From Pseudomonadota bacterium (lineage in GTDB: Bacteria > Bdellovibrionota_B > Oligoflexia > Oligoflexales > CAIYRB01), in contig JANOTL010000153.1 in assembly GCA_031416315.1 (NCBI GenBank), positions 41,826-105,825 on the forward strand: a DNA stretch of 64,000 nt. Direction: 5' to 3'. The position numbers and the translations under genes were made by a program. The notes below the pieces were generated by a model. That model did no database searches. It was given only the letters and a program-made list of their open reading frames with translations, and had not been told where the DNA came from. Shown piece after piece: positions 1 to 7,986 of this stretch (position 1 is its first letter; each line of letters opens with the position of its first letter).

Positions 1-861
1 TTTTGGTACATCGTGCAAGGCGAGGAGATCCTCGAGATCAACCGCCGCATCGCGGTGAACATCAAAGTCCCCGAAGGCTTCCTGCTGAAAGGCCCGGAGA
101 TCCGCTTCAAGGACGCGACGCTGCGCGGCTCGCGCGTCCTCCTCGCCGACTTTTCGACGCGCCCCCTCGAGGCGACCCTGAAGATTCAGGAAGGCAAAAG
201 CGGCCAGCTCCGCTTCCGGATCGACAAGGAATACATCAAGGGCTGGGACAACCGGATCAAGCTCACCGTGCACGATCCGTATTTGACCGTGTTCGTCGAC
301 GAGAAGATGAACAAGAAGGTGCTCGTCAAAGAGTTCCTGAAGGGCGCCCCTTCCGACGGCTACAACATCGAGAAGATCAGCATCAAGCCGAACACGGTGA
401 CCATCACCGGCTTGAAGAGCGACATCGCCAAGATCGAGGAAGTGCAAACCGAGCCGATCGACATCTCCGACCTCCAGGGGTCGAAGACCTTCGAGGCCAA
501 GCTCGTCGCCAAGGACATCCCCGAGAGCGGCCTGTCGATCGACAAGGTTTCGGTCAGCCTCCTCGTCGGCGAGAAGAAGGTGAACAAGCGCTTCGGCTCG
601 GTCCCCGTCGAGGTCGTCGGCAGCGAGTTCCTGACCGCCGTGAAGCCCCGCTACGTCTCGATCGTCATTCAGGGCACGCCCGGGGTCCTGAACTTCGTGA
701 AGCGGAGTGACCTCGAGGCCTTCGTCGAGGCCCGGGAGCTCGAGCCCGGGAAGAAACATAGCCGCGCGATCCAGGTGAAGATCCCGCCGGAGACGGTCCT
801 GATCGAGACCTTCCCACAAACTGCGACGGTCGAGATTTACAACCAGAAGCGCCTGAATTAG
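1..861 (+). CDS. YbbR/CdaR-like domain protein (probably 5'-partial at the window edge)
   Basis: Repeated beta-rich units (e.g. ISIKPNTVTITG, VKPRYVSIVIQG) directly upstream of glmM, matching the usual cdaA-cdaR-glmM order. Confidence 0.75.
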   Translation, partial: FWYIVQGEEILEINRRIAVNIKVPEGFLLKGPEIRFKDATLRGSRVLLADFSTRPLEATLKIQEGKSGQLRFRIDKEYIKGWDNRIKLTVHDPYLTVFVDEKMNKKVLVKEFLKGAPSDGYNIEKISIKPNTVTITGLKSDIAKIEEVQTEPIDISDLQGSKTFEAKLVAKDIPESGLSIDKVSVSLLVGEKKVNKRFGSVPVEVVGSEFLTAVKPRYVSIVIQGTPGVLNFVKRSDLEAFVEARELEPGKKHSRAIQVKIPPETVLIETFPQTATVEIYNQKRLN

Positions 862-888
862 GTTCGCAGGCCTAGAAGAGGCGCCCTG

Positions 889-2262
889 ATGAAGAAGCTA
901 TTCGGTACCGACGGCATCCGCGGCCTAGCCAACGTCTACCCCATGTCGCCTGACCTCGTGTTGCGACTGGGCCAGGCGATCGGCGTCTTTTTCAAAGAAA
1001 AGCTGGCCCACCCGCGCATTCTGATCGGCAAGGACACGCGCCGTTCCGGCTACATGCTGGAGCAGGCTCTGGCCTCCGGCATCTGCAGCGTCGGCGTCGA
1101 CGCCTACTTCCTCGGGCCGCTCCCGACCCCGGGCATCGCCTATCTGACGCGCGGCATGCGCGCCTCGGCGGGCATCGTCATCTCCGCATCGCACAATCCG
1201 TTCGAGGACAACGGCATCAAGATCTTCAGCGCCACCGGCTACAAGCTCCCCGACGAGTCGGAGGAGAAGCTCGAGGCCCTGATCGCCAGCGAGACCTTGG
1301 CGCACTCCCTCCCGACCGGCACCAAGATCGGCCGCGCCAAGCGCATCGACGACGCCATCGGCCAGTATGCCGTCTTCCTCAAAGAGCAGTTCCCCAAGCA
1401 TTTGACGCTCGACGGCCTGCGAATCGTCCTCGACTGCGCCCACGGCGCTGCATACAAGGTCGCGCCAAAGGTCTTCACCGAGCTCGGCGCGGACGTCTTT
1501 TTGATCGGCGTCGAGCCCAACGGCTCCAACATCAACGACCAATGCGGCGCCCTGCACCCGGGCCGCTTGATCGAGGACGTGAAGCTCTATAAGGCCGACC
1601 TCGGCATCGCCCTCGACGGCGACGCCGACCGCCTCGTGGTCGTCGACCACAAGGGCGAGATCGTCGACGGCGACGAGATCCTCGCGATCTGCGGCACCCG
1701 GATGATGAAGCAGGGCCGCCTGAAGAAGGCGACCCTCGTCTCCACCGTCATGAGCAACATGGGCCTCGACCTCGCCATGGAGCGCGCCGGCGGCAAGCTC
1801 GTTCGGGCGAAGGTCGGCGATCGCTACGTCATGGAGGAAATGCTGAAAGGCGACTTCAACCTCGGCGGCGAGCAGTCCGGCCACCTGATCTTCCGCGACA
1901 GCGCCACGACCGGCGACGGCATCCTCGCCGCCCTCCACGTCCTGACGATCATGATCGAGGAAGGGAAGCCCGTCGCGGAGCTGAAGAAGTGCATGACGCG
2001 CCTGCCGCAGGTCCTGAAGAACATCTCCGTGAAATCGAAAGTGCCGCTCGAGCAGCTCCCCGACCTCCAGGAAGCCATCGCCAAGCTGGAGGCCAAGCTC
2101 GGCAAGGAGGGCCGCATCCTCTTCCGTTACTCCGGCACCGAGAACGTCGCGCGCGTGATGATCGAAGGCCCGGACGCCGACACGATCGACGAGATGGCCG
2201 AAGGCCTTTGCGCGGTCGCCACGAAGGCGATCGCCAAACATCAGGGCGGGACGCGCCCATGA
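889..2262 (+). CDS. glmM: phosphoglucosamine mutase
   Basis: LFGTDGIRG, ISASHNP (phospho-Ser), DGDADR, GGEQSGH and RYSGTE motifs. Confidence 0.97.
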   Translation: MKKLFGTDGIRGLANVYPMSPDLVLRLGQAIGVFFKEKLAHPRILIGKDTRRSGYMLEQALASGICSVGVDAYFLGPLPTPGIAYLTRGMRASAGIVISASHNPFEDNGIKIFSATGYKLPDESEEKLEALIASETLAHSLPTGTKIGRAKRIDDAIGQYAVFLKEQFPKHLTLDGLRIVLDCAHGAAYKVAPKVFTELGADVFLIGVEPNGSNINDQCGALHPGRLIEDVKLYKADLGIALDGDADRLVVVDHKGEIVDGDEILAICGTRMMKQGRLKKATLVSTVMSNMGLDLAMERAGGKLVRAKVGDRYVMEEMLKGDFNLGGEQSGHLIFRDSATTGDGILAALHVLTIMIEEGKPVAELKKCMTRLPQVLKNISVKSKVPLEQLPDLQEAIAKLEAKLGKEGRILFRYSGTENVARVMIEGPDADTIDEMAEGLCAVATKAIAKHQGGTRP

Positions 2263-3014
2263 TCCGACTCGGAATCAACGTCGACCATGTGGCGACCGTC
2301 CGGCAAGCCCGCGGCGAGACCTACCCCGATCCCGTACAGGCGGCCGTTTTTGCCGAGCTCGGCGGCGCCGACAACATCACCTGCCACCTCCGCGAGGACC
2401 GCCGCCACGTCAACGACCGCGACGTCCGCCTCCTGCGCGAGACCATCAAAGTTCCCCTGAACTTCGAGATGGCGATCACGGAAGAGATGCTCGCCTTCGC
2501 CGTCGAGCTCAAACCGCACGCCGTCACGCTCGTTCCGGAAAAGCGCGAGGAGAGAACCACCGAGGGCGGCCTCGACCTGACGCGGGCCCAGGACGAGAAG
2601 CGCCGCGCCATCTCCCGCCTGAAAGACCGCGGCATCGTCGTCTCGCTCTTCGTCGAGCCCGACGCCAAGGCCGTCGAGCTCGCCGCCACTCTCGGCGCCG
2701 ATGCCGTCGAGTTTCATACCGGCACTTTCTGCAAGAAGGTCGACGCCGCCGCCAAAACTCAGGACAAGCTCGCGTTGACCCGGGAGCTTGCCAAGGCGGC
2801 GAAGCTCGCCGCCCAGGCGAAGCTCCAGGTCCATTTCGGCCACGGCCTCCATTACGCCAACGCCTCTTGGCTGCAGTTGATCCCCGAGGCCGAGGAAGCC
2901 AACATCGGCCACGCCGTCGTCGGCCGCGCCCTCTTCGTCGGCCTCGAGAAGGCCGTGCGCGAGATGAAAGGCCTCTTGACCGACCCGGCGCAAAAGCCTT
3001 GGCAGAGCTTGTGA
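2259..3014 (+). CDS. pdxJ: pyridoxine 5'-phosphate synthase
   Basis: LGINVDHVATVRQAR, HLREDRRH, TTEGGLD, GHGL and NIGH motifs; ATGA overlap with the glmM stop. Confidence 0.96.
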   Translation: MIRLGINVDHVATVRQARGETYPDPVQAAVFAELGGADNITCHLREDRRHVNDRDVRLLRETIKVPLNFEMAITEEMLAFAVELKPHAVTLVPEKREERTTEGGLDLTRAQDEKRRAISRLKDRGIVVSLFVEPDAKAVELAATLGADAVEFHTGTFCKKVDAAAKTQDKLALTRELAKAAKLAAQAKLQVHFGHGLHYANASWLQLIPEAEEANIGHAVVGRALFVGLEKAVREMKGLLTDPAQKPWQSL

Positions 3015-3460
3015 GCGGGGAGGGGTGGTCGGAGGCTTTCGACGCCGAGGGCCTGCCTCGGCTCGCGGCGCGGATCGCCGCTTCGCTGAGCGCCGCGTCG
3101 CCGCCCTTCTGCCTTTGGCTGATCGGGGACCTCGGCGCGGGCAAGACGACGCTCACGGGTCACATTTTCCGCGCGCTCGGCCTCGACGCGCGCATGCCCG
3201 TCACCTCGCCGACGTACACCTACGTGAACGAGTACAAGGTCGGCGATCATTGGTACGCTCACCTCGACCTCTACCGGGCGGGAGCTGCCTTCTCGCTCGA
3301 AGACCTCGGCCTGGTCGACGCCCGCCGCTACGCCGGTTTTTTCGTCGAGTGGCCAGGCGCCGTACCGCCCAGTCCGGCGATCACGCCGACCCATGAGCTG
3401 CATCTGATGTTCGGCGAGCAGGTGGATGACACGCGGCGGGCCGTTTTCTCGAAAAAATAG
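3011..3460 (+). CDS. tsaE: tRNA threonylcarbamoyladenosine biosynthesis ATPase
   Basis: GDLGAGKTT, VTSPTY, HLDLYR and VEW motifs; GTGA overlap with the pdxJ stop. Confidence 0.93.
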   Translation: MSGEGWSEAFDAEGLPRLAARIAASLSAASPPFCLWLIGDLGAGKTTLTGHIFRALGLDARMPVTSPTYTYVNEYKVGDHWYAHLDLYRAGAAFSLEDLGLVDARRYAGFFVEWPGAVPPSPAITPTHELHLMFGEQVDDTRRAVFSKK

Positions 3461-3465
3461 GCAAA

Positions 3466-3491
3466 GAAAAACCCCGGAGGTGGGCCCGGGG
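3466..3491 (-). terminator. intrinsic terminator of the LysM gene
   Basis: Minus strand reads CCCCGG-loop-CCGGGG followed by TTTTTCTTT. Confidence 0.65.
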
Positions 3492-3512
3492 ATTGTAGCG
3501 AATTCTAAGGGA

Positions 3513-3551
3513 CACTAGGGAGATGGACACGAGGCACTAGGATTGGGACAC
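3513..3551. repeat. two tandem degenerate copies of CACTAGG-N-GGACAC, inverted relative to 4670-4685
   Basis: cactagggagatggacac (3513-3530) and gcactaggattgggacac (3534-3551) versus the reverse complement of 4670-4685, gcactaggagggacac. Confidence 0.8.
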
Positions 3552-3558
3552 AGGGCAC

Positions 3559-4665
3559 TTAGTGCGCGGTCTTCTTCTTGGCGCCGACTGGCGCCTTCTT
3601 GGACTTGCTGCTCGTCTTCTTGCCCTTGAAGGCCGGGGCCTTCTTCTTCTTGGCCGGAGCCGGCTCGCCGTCATCGGCGACTTGTGCTTCTTCGACCGGG
3701 GCGGCTTCGACGGCCGCGGTGGCCTTAGGCGCGTTCGGGTTGAGAACGGAGAGGACCATACCGACTTCGATACGGTTCGGATCGGTGAGCTTGTCTTTGT
3801 TGCGGGTGTAGATGGCGCGCCAGGCGCCGGCGTTGCCGTAAATTTGCTGCGCGATACCCGAGAGGGTGTCGCCGTGCTTGACGGTGACCGACTGCTCGGC
3901 GCCGACAGAATTGGCGGCGAAGCTCTTCGAGGCGTCGTTCAACGCGTCGAACTGGAGCTCGTCGCCCGGGTAGATCACGTAAGGAGCTTGAACGTTGTTC
4001 AGATTCGCGACCTTGTTCCAGAAACCACTCGAACCGTAGATCTTCTGTGCGATGTTCGCGAGGGTGTCACCCGCGATCACGATGTAAGAGCCGCCAGTAC
4101 CTTTTTGGGTCGCACCCATGGGGGTGTTGTTGGCCCAGTTCGCGTTGCCGGCTTTTTTCGAGTGGGTCGTCGTCGCGTCCGGCGCGATCGCGGTCACTTG
4201 GGGCGGCTCGACCGAGGTGGTGTCTTCGGCGACGACCTGGGTCATATCGCCGACGGGAGCATCCGTCAGGGTCTGGTCCGCTTCGCCTTCGTCGCTTTGC
4301 TCGGCGGGAAGCGCGGGAGCCTCGCCGTCCGTGCTGGCCTGATCGTCGCCGCTGGCGGCCTCGCCTTCTTCTGGCGGAGGCGCAGCCTCGTTCTCGCCGT
4401 CACCCGTGGCCGGCGCCTCGTCGGACGGAGGGGCCATGTCGCCTTCGATCGCTTTCGCGTCGTCAGAGACCTCGCCCGCTTCCCCGTCGACCGGTGCCGC
4501 CGCTTCGCCCGCTTCGCCCGCATCGCCTTCGGCTTTTACGGGTTCTTCTTGGCTCTGGTCGTCGGAGCATCCTCCGAGACCGAGGCCGAGGAAGAGCGAG
4601 AAGGTCCAAGCCTTCCAGCGTCCTCCCAATGCCTTACTCAAAAATGGACAGTAAGCCCTCGTCAT
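3559..4665 (-). CDS. lipoprotein with an acidic linker, two LysM domains and a Lys-rich tail
   Basis: AGGAGG SD before the ATG at 4665; LGGC lipobox; YIVIAGDTLANIA and VTVKHGDTLSGIA LysM repeats. Confidence 0.88.
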   Translation of the reverse strand: MTRAYCPFLSKALGGRWKAWTFSLFLGLGLGGCSDDQSQEEPVKAEGDAGEAGEAAAPVDGEAGEVSDDAKAIEGDMAPPSDEAPATGDGENEAAPPPEEGEAASGDDQASTDGEAPALPAEQSDEGEADQTLTDAPVGDMTQVVAEDTTSVEPPQVTAIAPDATTTHSKKAGNANWANNTPMGATQKGTGGSYIVIAGDTLANIAQKIYGSSGFWNKVANLNNVQAPYVIYPGDELQFDALNDASKSFAANSVGAEQSVTVKHGDTLSGIAQQIYGNAGAWRAIYTRNKDKLTDPNRIEVGMVLSVLNPNAPKATAAVEAAPVEEAQVADDGEPAPAKKKKAPAFKGKKTSSKSKKAPVGAKKKTAH

Positions 4666-4840
4666 CAACGTGTCCCTCCTAGTGCGCGAAATCATTCTCG
4701 CGAAAATACCGACTGCTCGTTCTTTCGGCCGCCGCGCGACGAACCTTAAGCCCGCGTAACTCGGTAGATTCTTCCTAGGCGCTAGACCTAGGCGCGAGAG
4801 GCCTTCCCTTGGGATCCTTGCGGATGCGCCAAAGTCGCCC

Positions 4841-4869
4841 TTGCTCTGGCCTGTCCCCTTGGATATACA
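4841..4869 (+). promoter_or_regulatory. candidate sigma70 promoter for tRNA-Arg
   Basis: TTGCTC-N17-TATACA, about 20 bp upstream of the tRNA. Confidence 0.5.
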
Positions 4870-4889
4870 GGCCGAGCCTTTTTCTGCAC

Positions 4890-4966
4890 GCACCTGTGGC
4901 TCAGCTGGATAGAGCACCAGACTACGAATCTGGGGGTCGGAGGTTCGAATCCTTCCAGGTGCGCCA
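4890..4966 (+). tRNA. tRNA-Arg(ACG)
   Basis: GCACCTG/CAGGTGC acceptor stem, CCAGA-CTACGAA-TCTGG anticodon arm, GGTTCGAATCC, encoded CCA. Confidence 0.97.
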
Positions 4967-5020
4967 TTCCTTTCCCACAGGGAAAGGAATCCTCCATCAA
5001 CTCATGCTATCGACTTCTTC

Positions 5021-5046
5021 AAACCTCGCCCTTCGGCGAGGTTTTT
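5021..5046 (+). terminator. intrinsic terminator downstream of tRNA-Arg
   Basis: AAACCTCGCC-CTTC-GGCGAGGTTT plus T-tract; a second perfect 10-bp hairpin lies at 4967-4989. Confidence 0.75.
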
Positions 5047-5161
5047 AATTTGCCGACTCCGGCACTGTTTGACGCCTCGCTGGCGAGATACCCAGGATCT
5101 CGGCCGCCGCGGACCTGTCGCCGTTGGCTTTGATCCGCTGTGCGCTATGCCCCAAAGCAAC

Positions 5162-6121
5162 TTAAAGCTGAACCACGACGTTCCCGCTCTTGTGCCCCGT
5201 TTCGGCGTGGTGGTGCGCGCGAACTATTTCGGCAAAGGGGTAAGTGCGATCGATCACCGGGCGAAAGGCACCTGTATCGGCAAGGCCGGCGAGAAATTCC
5301 AAGTCATCGCGGCGCTCGGGTACCATGCCGGACAGTGCTCTTCCTCCCGTACTTAAGCCCCGCAGCATTTCTACAAGAGTGGCGGAAACCATTAAAAATT
5401 TTCCGCTGGGGGAGAGAAAGGGGCGGGCCTGCGCCCAGGTGATGGACTCTACGGTGTTAAAAATCAGATCGTAACGGGTCGCTCCGACTAACCCCGGGCC
5501 GGTTGCCGAGTCAATGACGTGGCTGGCGCCCAACGACCGCACAAGACCGTGCGTGGCGCCACGGCATACGGCGGTAACTTCGGCGCCGAAGTGTTTGGCT
5601 AGTTGGACCGCCGCCGTGCCTACCGCTCCCGAGGCACCAATGACTAGCACCCGGTGCCCGCGCTGAATTTGACCCTTATCGCGAAGATAGTACAAGGCGG
5701 TGGTGCCGCCAAACGAGAGCGCGGCTGCCTCGGGGTAGCTAAGGCATTCGGGCTTGATAATGACCGCCGCGTTTTCGGGCAGGACGCGGTACTCCGCATG
5801 GCATCGCATTGCGGCTCCAGTAAAAGCGATTACGGAGTCTCCGATGCGGAAGCGCTTTACGTTTGCCCCGATCGCGATCACTTCACCCGAAAGCTGGGTC
5901 CCTAAAATACGCGCCCGCGGACCGGCAAACCCTAACGCAAGGCGAGCAATCGTTCTCAGGCCAGGCGGAATAATAAAGGCCCGCACGCGCCAGTCGGCCG
6001 CCGCCACGGTCGTGGCCACGATGCGCACTAGCAGTTCGCCCTTGCTTGCAACGGGCATAGGCACCTCAACAAGCTGTACCACCTCGGGCGGCCCATACCT
6101 TTCGCAAACAGCAGCTTTCAT
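5162..6121 (-). CDS. NAD(P)-dependent medium-chain dehydrogenase/quinone reductase (MDR family)
   Basis: MKAAVCERYGPPEV start with GGAGG SD; GASGAVGTAAVQLAK Rossmann motif; IDRTYPF. Confidence 0.9.
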   Translation of the reverse strand: MKAAVCERYGPPEVVQLVEVPMPVASKGELLVRIVATTVAAADWRVRAFIIPPGLRTIARLALGFAGPRARILGTQLSGEVIAIGANVKRFRIGDSVIAFTGAAMRCHAEYRVLPENAAVIIKPECLSYPEAAALSFGGTTALYYLRDKGQIQRGHRVLVIGASGAVGTAAVQLAKHFGAEVTAVCRGATHGLVRSLGASHVIDSATGPGLVGATRYDLIFNTVESITWAQARPFLSPSGKFLMVSATLVEMLRGLSTGGRALSGMVPERRDDLEFLAGLADTGAFRPVIDRTYPFAEIVRAHHHAETGHKSGNVVVQL

Positions 6122-6369
6122 CGTCACATTGTAACCTCCCAAAAGGGGCCCATCCGCGGCGTCCCGCGGAGACGAATATAAGTCATGGAAGAGTTGCATG
6201 ACGTGACAAACGAACCTCATGCTTTCGACCCGCCAAAACCTCGCCCTCCTCGGCGAGGTTTTGCATTTCCATCCTCGCAGATGGGCCAAAAACCGGCCCC
6301 GGTCCGGAAATTAGGCCACGCTTGACCCCGCCCGCCCGGAAATCACGGCGCAATCCAAGTCAACAAGCC

Positions 6370-6383
6370 GGTCCCTTGTTTGC
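6370..6383 (+). promoter_or_regulatory. candidate sigma54 (-24/-12) promoter
   Basis: GG-N10-GC (GGTCCCTTGTTTGC) upstream of the 6450 lipoprotein. Confidence 0.4.
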
Positions 6384-6449
6384 AATTGCCCGCCCAGCAA
6401 GCCTCCTCGGGTTTGCTGCCCCCACCCCTTCCCTGCGAGGCCCCTACCC

Positions 6450-6938
6450 ATGCGTCACATCACGACCCTCCTGCTGACCGTCGCCGTCCTCTCCTCCTGT
6501 CAGCAGCCCTCCAACGCCGCGACCGTCGCTAACGCCGATGCTGCCGTCGAACCGAGCTCGGTTGCGATGACTCAGCCCCTGAACGGCATCATGCTCCGCG
6601 GCCCTGCGCTCGCCATGAACGGCGTGGTCGCCTCTGGCCGTGGCCTCTCGTTCGCCTTCGACACCAACAACTGGAACGCAGGTAACAACTACCTCGTTAC
6701 CGTGAGCCAAGAGCTCACGGCGGCCTCGTCGCAGCGCGCGCGCCTTTCGCTCTCCTGCGGCACGAAAGTCCTCGGCGAAGCCGCGGTGCCGGCACGGCAG
6801 TCGCGGACCTCGCTCCAAGTCCTCGTCGCGGCAGGCAGCTGTGGCGACGCGAAGATCAGTTACGGCTTGGACGGCGTTGCCCCGGATGCGATCGGCGAGC
6901 TCGTCCTCACGATCCTCGAGGTCAGCGCGCCGCTCTAA
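6450..6938 (+). CDS. hypothetical lipoprotein
   Basis: Signal peptide with LSSC lipobox; host-like codon usage. Confidence 0.7.
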   Translation: MRHITTLLLTVAVLSSCQQPSNAATVANADAAVEPSSVAMTQPLNGIMLRGPALAMNGVVASGRGLSFAFDTNNWNAGNNYLVTVSQELTAASSQRARLSLSCGTKVLGEAAVPARQSRTSLQVLVAAGSCGDAKISYGLDGVAPDAIGELVLTILEVSAPL

Positions 6939-6944
6939 ATGCGG

Positions 6945-7646
6945 CTAGTCTCTCTGCGTCAAGAGCCGCAACACATACCAGAACATCATCGCTACGGAGG
7001 CGAACAGCGACAGCGCGGCGCCAACGTAGCGACTCTCGTCGTAGTGATGAATCACGTTCGACGTGTCATAGAGGATCGACGCACCGGCTAGGGCAACCAT
7101 GGCGACCGAGAAATAGAAGCCTAGGTCGTAGCCAAAGATGAACGAGCCGACGATCGCCGCGAGGGCGATGCAGCCGCCCCAAATCATCACGCCCCGGAGG
7201 AACGAGAAGTCTTTCCGAAGGCCCCAGGCGATGCACGTCAAAACGCCAAAGCCGATGAGCGTGACGTACGCCGCCTTCTCGATGACGCCGCCTCCGGCCG
7301 CAGACTGCGCCATGTAGAGCATCGGCACGAAGATGATGGCGTCGAGGACGACATATGCGGCCAGAGCCAGATACTGAACGGCCTGAGATTCTGCCGTATG
7401 CGCGAATCGCGTCGCGAGCCAGCCGATCAGGACGAAGCCGCCCATCACGAGACCCCAGTGCGTGCTCAAGAGAGCTTGCGCGACGGTCTCCGCGAGGCCG
7501 CTCTGGAAGAGATACATCTCGATTCCGGTGAACGCGATGATCGCGCCGAGGAGATGCAAATAAGTCCGCGTCACGAAGGTCGCACGCGCATTGCCCGCGG
7601 TGATCGGCATGGCGCCGCGGCGGGTCGACTGGTCGTATGAGCTCAT
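6945..7646 (-). CDS. Bax inhibitor-1/YccA family membrane protein
   Basis: FVTRTYLHL, about 7 hydrophobic helices, KDFSFL, ILYDTS. Confidence 0.9.
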   Translation of the reverse strand: MSSYDQSTRRGAMPITAGNARATFVTRTYLHLLGAIIAFTGIEMYLFQSGLAETVAQALLSTHWGLVMGGFVLIGWLATRFAHTAESQAVQYLALAAYVVLDAIIFVPMLYMAQSAAGGGVIEKAAYVTLIGFGVLTCIAWGLRKDFSFLRGVMIWGGCIALAAIVGSFIFGYDLGFYFSVAMVALAGASILYDTSNVIHHYDESRYVGAALSLFASVAMMFWYVLRLLTQRD

Positions 7647-7719
7647 GCGGGGCACTCCAATTTGCAACCTGCGATAATCATAGCAGTTCACCAGGACGTT
7701 CTGGGCACAATAGCGCCTC

Positions 7720-7872
7720 TAGCTAGTCTCTGGCGCGAAACGCGCCAGAGACTATCCTGAGGAGCAAAGCGACGAAGGATCTCGGCGATAACCAACTGAT
7801 TCGATTGACGCGGTGAGATCCTTCGCTGCGCTCAGGATATTCTCTGGCGCGTTTCGCGCCAGAGACTAGCTA
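7720..7872. repeat. 153-bp nested palindromic element (REPIN/MITE-like)
   Basis: 42-bp terminal inverted repeats with 1 mismatch, each itself a hairpin, plus an inner CGAAGGATCTC/GAGATCCTTCG pair. Confidence 0.85.
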
Positions 7873-7986
7873 AAAGCAACTAGTCTTCGACACCGCCGAA
7901 TCGCTCGATGCCCGACGACTGAATTCCCCGGGAATACGTGGGAAAAGTAGGTTCAGACAATGAGGCTTTCTGCCGAAAAGTGAGCC

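Noticed and set aside
3505..3555. CsrB/RsmY-like sRNA suggested by several GGA motifs on the + strand
   Set aside because: No + strand promoter or terminator fits; the adjacent terminator is oriented for the minus strand, and complementarity to the LysM RBS explains the motifs better
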